NCBI GenBank assembly: GCA_965218095.1
Contig: OZ244587.1
Coordinates: forward strand, 4,864,001 to 4,928,000
Direction: 5' to 3'
Length of the DNA stretch: 64,000 bases
DNA from: Candidatus Poribacteria bacterium
GTDB taxonomy: Bacteria > Poribacteria > WGA-4E > PCPOR2b
Shown: piece by piece, positions 31,525-39,828 of the stretch
Position numbering within the stretch: the stretch's first letter is position 1
How the letters are laid out: each line of letters begins with the position of its first letter
Program-made: the position numbers and the translations under genes
The notes under the pieces: model-generated
The model's input: the letters and a program-made list of their open reading frames with translations, nothing else
What the model was told of the DNA's origin: nothing
Databases searched by the model: none

Positions 31525-33270
31525 ATGGCAAACTATCAAGAACTGGCAAATCTCGTTTGGAATGTGGCGGATGATGTCCTCAGAGGGCTGTTCAAACCGC
31601 ACGAATACGGCGACATCACCCTACCGTTTCTCGTGCTGCGTCGATTGGACTGCATCTTAGACGAGGGCGGACGAAAAGGGAAAGCCATCAATACCTTCAA
31701 TCAATACAATGGCAAAGTATCTGAAGACGTGCTACCGCCGATTATTCTGAGAGAGACAAACACCCGTTTCTACAACACCTCCCAGTACGACCTATCTCGA
31801 CTGAAAGCCGACCCCAACAATATCCATCTCAACTTCGAGAACTACCTCAACGGATTCAGTAAGGACGTGCGCGACATCATCGAAAACTTCAACCTCGATC
31901 AGTTTATCGAGCGACTGCACAAAAACAATCGACTGTTCATCTTCTGCGATAAGTTTACCGAAGTCGATCTCCATCCGGACCAGGTGGACAACCATACGAT
32001 GGGACAGGTCTTTGAGGAGCTGCTCCGCCGATTCTCAGAGATGTCCAACGAAACCAGTGGGGAACACTACACGCCGCGGGATGTTGTGCGGTTATTGGTC
32101 TCTCTGCTGTTTGCAGAACACCATGAAGATCTGCGCGGGCAGGGAGTTATCCGCAGTATCTTTGATCCGTGTTGCGGGACGGGCGGCATGTTGACAATTG
32201 GGAAGGAATACTTCCGTGAACACATCAACCCCTTAGCCGATCTCCGGCTGTTGGGTCAGGAACTGAACGCGCAGACCTACGCGATCTGCAAGTCGGATAT
32301 GCTCATTACCGGAGAGAACCCCGATAATATTCAACTCGGCTCCTGCCTCTCCGAGGACCAGTTTCAAGGGGAACGATTCGATTATATGATAACAAATCCG
32401 CCCTTTGGCGTCAGTTGGAAATCTGAGGAAGGGGCGGTGAAAGCGGAAGCGCAGACCGCCAACGGCAGATTCTCAGTCGGTACGCCTCGCTCCTCCGATG
32501 GGGCGTTGCTGTTCCTGCAACACATGCTCTCCAAGATGGAGGACGGTGGAAGTCGAGTTGGAATTGTCTTTAATGGTTCGCCGCTCTTTACGGGTGATGC
32601 CGGCAGCGGTGAGAGTGAAATCCGACGCTGGATCATTGAAAACGACTGGCTGGAGTGCATTATCGCGCTGCCCGATAAGTTGTTCTTCAACACCAGTATC
32701 TCTACCTATATCTGGATCTTAACGAATCGAAAATCAGCGGCACGACAAGGCAGGGTACAACTGATCAACGCCGTTGACTTCTACGATAAGATGAAAAGGA
32801 ATCTCGGAGACAAGGGGGTTTTCATCTCCGATACCCATATCCATCAACTGGTGGAACTCTACACCAACTTTGAGGAAACCGAGCACTCCAAAATCTATCC
32901 AAACGACTTTTTCGGCTACACCAAAGTGACGGTTGAGAGACCGCTCGTCGAAAAGCGTGAGATTCTGGGCGAGGAGAGGGAGGTCGTCCTCCGGGACAAG
33001 CGAGGCAATCCGAAACCGGATCCCGCACTGCGAAACTATGAGCGCGTCCCCCTCACAGAGGAGATTGATGATTATTACCAACGAGAGGTCAAACCGCACC
33101 TGCCGGACAGTTGGCTAGACAGAAAGAAGGATAAGGTGGGCTACGAAATCAACCTCAATCGGTATTTCTATCAGTACACGCCGCTGCGCTCGTTGAAGGA
33201 GATTGCCGATGAAATGCTGGCACTTGAACGGAAAAGTGAAGGCTTGTTGAATGAGGTGTTGACGTTGTAA
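31525..33270 (+). CDS. hsdM: Type I R-M methyltransferase subunit
   Basis: GEHYTPRDV, FDPCCGTGGML, TNPPF. Confidence 0.95.
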   Translation: MANYQELANLVWNVADDVLRGLFKPHEYGDITLPFLVLRRLDCILDEGGRKGKAINTFNQYNGKVSEDVLPPIILRETNTRFYNTSQYDLSRLKADPNNIHLNFENYLNGFSKDVRDIIENFNLDQFIERLHKNNRLFIFCDKFTEVDLHPDQVDNHTMGQVFEELLRRFSEMSNETSGEHYTPRDVVRLLVSLLFAEHHEDLRGQGVIRSIFDPCCGTGGMLTIGKEYFREHINPLADLRLLGQELNAQTYAICKSDMLITGENPDNIQLGSCLSEDQFQGERFDYMITNPPFGVSWKSEEGAVKAEAQTANGRFSVGTPRSSDGALLFLQHMLSKMEDGGSRVGIVFNGSPLFTGDAGSGESEIRRWIIENDWLECIIALPDKLFFNTSISTYIWILTNRKSAARQGRVQLINAVDFYDKMKRNLGDKGVFISDTHIHQLVELYTNFEETEHSKIYPNDFFGYTKVTVERPLVEKREILGEEREVVLRDKRGNPKPDPALRNYERVPLTEEIDDYYQREVKPHLPDSWLDRKKDKVGYEINLNRYFYQYTPLRSLKEIADEMLALERKSEGLLNEVLTL

Positions 33271-33272
33271 GG

Positions 33273-33323
33273 TCAGGACTTACACACTTCAGATTGTAGG
33301 GAACGCAGATCTGCGTTCCCTAC
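33273..33323. repeat. MITE-like left end plus perfect GTAG-type REP palindrome
   Basis: CAGGACTTACACACTTCAG (compare 50718), then GTAGGGAACGCAGATCTGCGTTCCCTAC. Confidence 0.7.
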
Positions 33324-33593
33324 TTACCCATAGAAAGGGGCATAGGCACAAGGAATCAGGCGTATGTAGGGACTAACATCGCTAGTCTCCACGAATCAAA
33401 AGTACAACGCTGAAAAATGAGATAAGCGATTCTAGGCTAATACAGGCTAATACAGGCTAATGAGCTGCGGGCACTAGAGAAGCATCACCGATAACTGGAA
33501 TCTCAGGCAGCGAGCGGATTCAACGCCGGGTATGACAGTCTGAAATCTACAATTTCAACTTTTAGCCTAAAAGAGCAAGAGGAGAGAGTCACT

Positions 33594-33878
33594 ATGCCAT
33601 ATACCAATTATACCTCCAAAGAGGTTGCATCACGGGGGGAAGCAATCTATAGGCGAGAGATACGTGACAAAGTTGAGCCGAAGCACAAAGGCAAGTTTTT
33701 GGTCATTGACATCGAAACGGGTGAATACGAAATGAATGCCGACGATTTGGTAGCCACGAAACGTCTTCTTGCCAAGCATCCCAATGCTGTCGTTTACGGC
33801 TTACAAATCGGCTTTCCAACCGCTTATCGAATCGGCGGACACTTTAAGGAAATGAGGGAGAGCATAATTATCGTCTGA
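33594..33878 (+). CDS. Small hypothetical protein (DUF5678-like)
   Basis: SD GAGGAG; RGEAIY..IR..VE...GKFLVIDIETGEYE pattern. Confidence 0.65.
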   Translation: MPYTNYTSKEVASRGEAIYRREIRDKVEPKHKGKFLVIDIETGEYEMNADDLVATKRLLAKHPNAVVYGLQIGFPTAYRIGGHFKEMRESIIIV

Positions 33879-33924
33879 ATCACAGATTAAACAGATGAAA
33901 CGGAAAACACGGATTAGTCCAATT

Positions 33925-34100
33925 GGGCAACCACGAGGGTTGCCCCTACGGAGGAGGACCCCATGTAGGGGCAGGTCTTGTGCCTGCCCGCAACAACTGT
34001 TGACGCTCATGTTAAGAATTAGTGCAACAGCACCGATTTGCCTCAAAAACCGTAGGCGGGGCATCCCCGGTCACGGGATCCTCTCGGACTTGCCCCGCCC
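33925..34100. repeat. Cluster of GTAG-type REP palindromes
   Basis: GGGCAACC-n-GGTTGCCCCTAC, GTAGGGGCAGG-n-CCTGCCC, GTAGGCGGGGCA-n-TGCCCCGCC. Confidence 0.75.
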
Positions 34101-34192
34101 TCAACGCCTTCACCGTAATTGCACTCCGTTTTTACATGAGCCACTGTTGATTTTGGAAAATCGACCTACAGAAGTGAAAAAGGGGACAAATT

Positions 34193-35458
34193 ATGATTAC
34201 CGAACTCAGGGCGCAAAATTTCAAGTCATGGCAGGATACCGGTGCGCTACACCTCGCCCCATTGACTGGGCTTTTCGGCGCGAATAGCTCCGGCAAAACC
34301 AGTATCTTGCAGGTACTACTGATGCTTAAACAGACCGTAGAACGTCCACCAGATTGGAATGAGCCACTCTACTTTGGTAATGAAGAGTCGCTGGTCAACT
34401 TAGGTAACTTTGGCACTGTTATCCACAAGCACAAACAGGATTTAAGTCTTGACATTTCTGTGTCGTGGAAGTCTTCTACAGTTGCAGATATTAATAAATA
34501 TATTAGATTTCACAGTTTGAAGTTTCCGTCTCATGTAGAAATGCTGCCTCCGAGTCAAGGAGATCGAGATCGATCGGAAGAGATTTCTTTTTCAACCGAT
34601 ATTGTCCGGGGTGCCGTGAATAATTTTTATTATAAAACTGATCTATATAAATTTGATGGTCAGCAACCAGGTCTATTTCGGTGTTACGGGCTTCGCACTG
34701 CACGAACCCAAATTATGGAAATTTCTTCCAGATTTGAAGAGGCTTTTGAAAACCTATTCTCTCGAATCCTTTACCTCGGCCCGCTCCGAGAATATCCCCG
34801 ACGCCATTACCCTTGGGAAGGCGACCATCCAAAAGGCATCGGACAGTATGGAGAAAAGACAACTTCCGCCCTGCTCTCCGGGCGCATCCGACGCCTTCCT
34901 GTTGACGAGCAGATACCGAAATGGTTACAACGGTTGGAGTTGATCGACTCCTATGACGTTCAACCTGTCTCTGATACAGGAGGGGATTACGAATTACTTG
35001 TCAAACAGCACAAAGGCGGTCCCGAAGTCCCACTAACAGATGTTGGCTTCGGCGTTTCTCAAGTTCTACCTGTGCTGATTCTTTGCTATTACGCTCCTGA
35101 GGGCTCAATCCTCATTCTTGAGCATCCTGAAGCGCATCTGCATCCGAAAGTGCAGTCAGAGTTGGCAGATGTTCTGATTGATGTCGTGAAGAATCGGAAC
35201 ATACAGATTATCCTTGAGAGCCACAGTGAGCATCTGCTGCTACGCTTGATGCGCCGGATTGCTGAGGAAGAAATTTCGGCGGATGACACGGCACTCTATT
35301 TCTGCCAAATCAACGACGGCACATCCGAAATTGAACGCCTCAACATAGACGAATACGGCAACATCCGGAATTGGCCTCAAAACTTCTTTGGCGATGAGAT
35401 GGGCGATCTGGTGGAAAAGACGAAAGCCGAAATGCAGCGGCGGAAAGTGATTGAATAA
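34193..35458 (+). CDS. ABC/AAA_21-type ATPase with DUF3696-like C-terminus
   Basis: QNFKS, Walker A GANSSGKT, DVGFGVSQ, ILEHPEAHLHP, ESHSEH, G.I.NWP..FF. Confidence 0.88.
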   Translation: MITELRAQNFKSWQDTGALHLAPLTGLFGANSSGKTSILQVLLMLKQTVERPPDWNEPLYFGNEESLVNLGNFGTVIHKHKQDLSLDISVSWKSSTVADINKYIRFHSLKFPSHVEMLPPSQGDRDRSEEISFSTDIVRGAVNNFYYKTDLYKFDGQQPGLFRCYGLRTARTQIMEISSRFEEAFENLFSRILYLGPLREYPRRHYPWEGDHPKGIGQYGEKTTSALLSGRIRRLPVDEQIPKWLQRLELIDSYDVQPVSDTGGDYELLVKQHKGGPEVPLTDVGFGVSQVLPVLILCYYAPEGSILILEHPEAHLHPKVQSELADVLIDVVKNRNIQIILESHSEHLLLRLMRRIAEEEISADDTALYFCQINDGTSEIERLNIDEYGNIRNWPQNFFGDEMGDLVEKTKAEMQRRKVIE

Positions 35459-35964
35459 TGGCGGTGATTGTAGATACAAATGTCGCTTTGGTCGCTAGTG
35501 GATGGTCAGAGCACGCATCTGAGGATTGTGTGGCAACCTGTGCTGAGAGACTTGGACAGATTAACAACGGTGAAGTGAAATTAGCGTTGGATGATCAACG
35601 GCGAATCATTGATGAATACCGGGGACAACTGAATCCGGATGGTCAGCCGGGTATCGGCGATGTGTTTCTTAAATGGGTAGAAATGAATTGGGCAAACCCT
35701 GATCGGTGTGACTTGGTTGCGATTACGCCTGTCGATGGTTCAGAAAATGAGTTTGAAGAGTTCCCAGACGATCCGGCATTGAATGATTTCGATTCAGATG
35801 ATCGGAAATTTATCGCGGTTGCAGTTGCCCATTCAGAGAACCCACCTATCCTACAAGCGGTGGATAGTCAGTGGTGGGATTTCCGTGATGCTCTCCGTCG
35901 GAATGGTGTGACAGTGGTGTTTATTTGCGAAACTGACATTCAACGGTTACGCGGGGGTAGTTGA
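35458..35964 (+). CDS. PIN-domain-like protein coupled to the ATPase
   Basis: VIVDTNV, IIDEY, DSDDRKFIAVA, VD acidic pattern; TAATG stop/start overlap. Confidence 0.7.
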   Translation: MAVIVDTNVALVASGWSEHASEDCVATCAERLGQINNGEVKLALDDQRRIIDEYRGQLNPDGQPGIGDVFLKWVEMNWANPDRCDLVAITPVDGSENEFEEFPDDPALNDFDSDDRKFIAVAVAHSENPPILQAVDSQWWDFRDALRRNGVTVVFICETDIQRLRGGS

Positions 35965-36006
35965 ACGAAGGCTTGCTGAATAAAGGACAACGGTGAGGTA
36001 AATTAA

Positions 36007-38496
36007 ATGAACAACATTCGTGTCGATATACGCCTTCGACCCATTCGGTTCGGATTTTTGGTTCGTCCAGATGACAAGGAAAAGGTACTTGAGATTTTCC
36101 GTATCAATACATGTTTGTGGGGCGGCATATTCAATCCCATTATCCCTTTGTTTGAATCTGTACCATTTTGGCTGGAAGAAGAGGGTTTTCGTTTTGAGAA
36201 TCCCAAGCAAATCATCAGAGATTACCTAGATTTCTTTGAACCCGACTTCCTTGTTGAGGCAGAAGAAGGGTTAGCAGAAGGATTCGACTTTGACCCAGAA
36301 AGGGTACGGCTACTTGCAGATATGATAGAAGAGCCAGGAGGGAATTACGCACATAGATATGGATTAAGCGTCTATGGGATCTATCAGGATTTATATACAA
36401 AAGCATTTCAGTTTGAGCAACGTCACAAAAATCCGGTTGTTCACGTACAACCAGCCGATGCAGCTTTCACAAATTTCGCTGCGGCTCATTTCGGAAGCTT
36501 TCCAACTCAAGAACGGCTTAGGTATTTTGAACATAACTACAAAGGTATATTCAATCCAAAACAGATAGTATTGGATGCTGCTGCGTTCTCAGAACTATAT
36601 CAATCCGGGTATAGTTCTGCCCTAGAAATGGGTCGTGCAAAACTTCGGGTAGGTTATAATGCACCGCTGTTGTCTACATTATTCATATTAGATCCGCATG
36701 AGTCAAAAGATCTAGTCAATTTCTGGAATTTGCGGGCAATACATCAACATGTTCTTGCGGTCCCTATTCAATGGATTGAAGAGCTTTCACCTTTCTGTAA
36801 AAAATTCATTCGGGATAATTATCGCCGTCAGCCTGATGACCCAGGCGGGAAAATGGTTGGTCCTGTCTTAATGTTTTCACGCTCTCTATCTGAGGGGGAC
36901 GTAGAAGAAATAGTAGGAAATTGCTCTTTTGTTGAGGAGGGGGATGTTTACACAATACAAAGATGGGCTCCAACCATCTGGTATAAGTTGTCAGAACAGG
37001 TTGCTAGCCCTACCCGTCCAACCTTAGAAGCCGACAGGAAAACCATGAATTTACCTATTGATGGAGATAATCCTGAAATTCGATTTGATCTTCTCTTTCC
37101 AGAGTTCATCATCAGTGAATATAATCTATATCGTGTGGCAAATGTTGTCAGGTTGCAAGATTGGAGCAATGAAGATTACGTTGCCAGAGTACGCGATAGA
37201 ATCGACAATGATCAAATAGCCACAGTTTTTCCGTGTAATTATAAAAATCCTGCTGTTCCCAAATTCCAACCCGAATTCCTGCAGGAAGAGCAGTATCTTT
37301 TGTCCACTACTGAAGGTTTAGTTATTTTTCCTTATAGGGAGAATTTTTCTGAATTGTGGAATTTAGTTGATGGAACCACGGCATTCAATCAATGGTTGAC
37401 AGCTAAACAAGTGCCTGCCATTCGTTCTGATGCGGGGAGAGCAACACAACAGATCATTCAGACATTGGGAGGTTTGCAGCAGGGTGTTCTCTGCCTAGCA
37501 CATAAAGGTGTTATTGAATTACTCGACGAAATGACAAGAAAACTCACCAAGTCCTTCCATTGTCAGAAATTTCGGAGCAAGATCCGTAACGCGGTCAATA
37601 ACGAGAGATTGAAAGACAGAACTTTTGAGATATTGGTCAGGCAGAAGGCTGTTGAACTTGGATTAGAACTTAAATGTAGCAAGTGCAGTAAGTGGAGTTG
37701 GTATTCAGTAAACCAACTTGATTACTCACTAATCTGCAATTTCTGTTTTAAGCCGTTTGATTTTCCTATTATTGCCCCTACAGATAAAAAACATTCCAAA
37801 TGGGCTTATCGTGTCGTAGGACCGTTTGCTCTACCTAAATACGCTGATGGGGGGTATGCTGCCGCCCTAGCTATCCATTTCTTTACAGATGTTATAGGTG
37901 GATTCGATCAAGCAGGAGTAACTTGGTCGTCTGCTCAAGAACTGAAGTTAAACACAGATAAAAAGGTCGAAGCTGATTTTATGTTATGGTATCGGCGCAA
38001 AGAGATTTTTGGAACGGAGCGGTCGTTTTTTGGAAATGGTTTGCCTATTTTTGGAATAGATCGACCTACCGAAACGGTGTTCGGCGAAGCTAAGAGTTTC
38101 GGTAGGCGCGGCGAGGATGTTTTTGAGCAAGATAATGTTGATAGAATGAAATTATTGGCGAAAAAGTTTCCGGGGTCTATATTGGTATTTGCTACGATGA
38201 AAGAAGAACTTTCTCAGGAAGAAGTTGACCGCATCAAAGAACTAGCGGAATGGGGACGGGAATATGATCCGGAAAAGAGACAAACGCGCGCGCCAGTGAT
38301 AGTGCTTACCGGGACAGAGTTGTTCTCGACAGGCTCTTTAAATACTTCATGGGAAAAAAAAGGGGGAAAGCACAAGGAGTTGATTGATCGAGCATGGCCA
38401 GGCAGGCATAATCTGAGATTCTTGGCAGACCTTACACAACATGTATATTTGGAAATGCCACCGTATGGATCGACTATGACTCAACTAATAAGATGA
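36007..38496 (+). CDS. Large hypothetical protein with zinc ribbon and putative C-terminal PD-(D/E)XK nuclease
   Basis: 829 aa; CSKC...CNFC; VEADF...FGEAKS. Confidence 0.7.
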   Translation: MNNIRVDIRLRPIRFGFLVRPDDKEKVLEIFRINTCLWGGIFNPIIPLFESVPFWLEEEGFRFENPKQIIRDYLDFFEPDFLVEAEEGLAEGFDFDPERVRLLADMIEEPGGNYAHRYGLSVYGIYQDLYTKAFQFEQRHKNPVVHVQPADAAFTNFAAAHFGSFPTQERLRYFEHNYKGIFNPKQIVLDAAAFSELYQSGYSSALEMGRAKLRVGYNAPLLSTLFILDPHESKDLVNFWNLRAIHQHVLAVPIQWIEELSPFCKKFIRDNYRRQPDDPGGKMVGPVLMFSRSLSEGDVEEIVGNCSFVEEGDVYTIQRWAPTIWYKLSEQVASPTRPTLEADRKTMNLPIDGDNPEIRFDLLFPEFIISEYNLYRVANVVRLQDWSNEDYVARVRDRIDNDQIATVFPCNYKNPAVPKFQPEFLQEEQYLLSTTEGLVIFPYRENFSELWNLVDGTTAFNQWLTAKQVPAIRSDAGRATQQIIQTLGGLQQGVLCLAHKGVIELLDEMTRKLTKSFHCQKFRSKIRNAVNNERLKDRTFEILVRQKAVELGLELKCSKCSKWSWYSVNQLDYSLICNFCFKPFDFPIIAPTDKKHSKWAYRVVGPFALPKYADGGYAAALAIHFFTDVIGGFDQAGVTWSSAQELKLNTDKKVEADFMLWYRRKEIFGTERSFFGNGLPIFGIDRPTETVFGEAKSFGRRGEDVFEQDNVDRMKLLAKKFPGSILVFATMKEELSQEEVDRIKELAEWGREYDPEKRQTRAPVIVLTGTELFSTGSLNTSWEKKGGKHKELIDRAWPGRHNLRFLADLTQHVYLEMPPYGSTMTQLIR

Positions 38497-38523
38497 ATTG
38501 GAAGAATCTGAGGTGTTGGAATT

Positions 38524-39825
38524 ATGAAGCGTTATCCTGAATATAAAACGAGTGGTGTGGAGTGGGTTGGGAAAATACCGCACCATTGGAGGTTAAGCAG
38601 AATTGACTCCCTTTTTTTTCGGAGAAGAGAAAAAAATACCAACATCATTAGCGACAACATCTTGTCTGTCCTAAAGGATCGCGGGGTCATTCGTTATGAA
38701 GATAAAGGAAACATCGGTAACAAGGTTTCTGAGAAAATTGAAAACTATCAACTTGTATATGCCGGTGACATAGTTGTAAATAACATGAATGTCACTATCG
38801 GGTCTGTAGGAAGGTCAGACCAATTTGGGGCTTTGTCAGGGATTTATATTGTTCTTGCCCCCAAAAGGGATAATGTTGACATGGGTTACTACGAATATGT
38901 ATTCAAAATAAAACCTTTCCAAAAAAGTCTGATTCAAATATCATCAGGTTTGATGGAAATTCGTGAATCTCTAAATTTCATCGAGTTCAAAACTCTAAAA
39001 CTACCAACACCACCATTCTCTGAACAAACCCAAATCGCCAACTTCCTCGATTGCAAGACGGGACAGATTGATGAGCTCATCCGCATCAAAGAACGACAGG
39101 TAGAACTGCTGCACGAACAACGAACTGTCCTGATAAATCAGGTAGTGACGAAGGGACTTGACCCGAATGTGGAGATGAAACCGTCGGAGGTGGAGTGGAT
39201 TGGGGAGATACCGAAGCATTGGACTCTTACAAGATTGAAGTATGTTTCCAACATCCCGGTGACTTATGGTCTTAATATTGAGGCTGATAGATATAACACA
39301 GAAGGAATCAGATTGATAAGAATTACTGATATTGATGAAAGTGGAGGTCTCCGTCAGAAAGGGGTTTATCTGCCTGAAGACTGCGTTCCTCAAGAGCAGA
39401 TGCTTAATAGTTATGATTTGCTTTTGTCTCGTAGTGGAGCAACAGTGGGAAAATCTTATCTACACTTTGAAGAAGGAAAATACACTAGTGCAGGCTATCT
39501 CGTTAGGTTTAACTTCGGTGATTATTGTACATCGAAATTTATCTACTATGTGACACTATCACATTTTTATAGAAATTGGCTTGAGCAGCAGATAATCATC
39601 TCGACAATCCAGAATGTCAATGGCGAAAAGTATTCAAATTTCCAACTCCCTATTCCTTTGCACCAAGAACGGAAACAAATCGTTGCCTTCCTTGACTCCA
39701 AGACACAACAGATTGACGAACTGATAACCGCGGAGCAGCGAAAAATTAAACTCCTTAAAGAATACCGTCAATCCCTCATCTCCGAAGCGGTGACCGGCAA
39801 GATAGATGTCCGAAGCGAGGTTTAG
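38524..39825 (+). CDS. hsdS: Type I R-M specificity subunit
   Basis: YKTSGVEWVGKIPHHW, EQTQIANFLD, VTKGLDPNV, LISEAVTGK; two TRDs. Confidence 0.95.
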   Translation: MKRYPEYKTSGVEWVGKIPHHWRLSRIDSLFFRRREKNTNIISDNILSVLKDRGVIRYEDKGNIGNKVSEKIENYQLVYAGDIVVNNMNVTIGSVGRSDQFGALSGIYIVLAPKRDNVDMGYYEYVFKIKPFQKSLIQISSGLMEIRESLNFIEFKTLKLPTPPFSEQTQIANFLDCKTGQIDELIRIKERQVELLHEQRTVLINQVVTKGLDPNVEMKPSEVEWIGEIPKHWTLTRLKYVSNIPVTYGLNIEADRYNTEGIRLIRITDIDESGGLRQKGVYLPEDCVPQEQMLNSYDLLLSRSGATVGKSYLHFEEGKYTSAGYLVRFNFGDYCTSKFIYYVTLSHFYRNWLEQQIIISTIQNVNGEKYSNFQLPIPLHQERKQIVAFLDSKTQQIDELITAEQRKIKLLKEYRQSLISEAVTGKIDVRSEV

Positions 39826-39828
39826 ACC

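Noticed and set aside
33432-33461. Short tandem duplications (AGGCTAATAC units; also CAGGTTGAGATTTTA x2 near 25779)
   Set aside because: Most simply slippage duplications in intergenic DNA; no supporting context.
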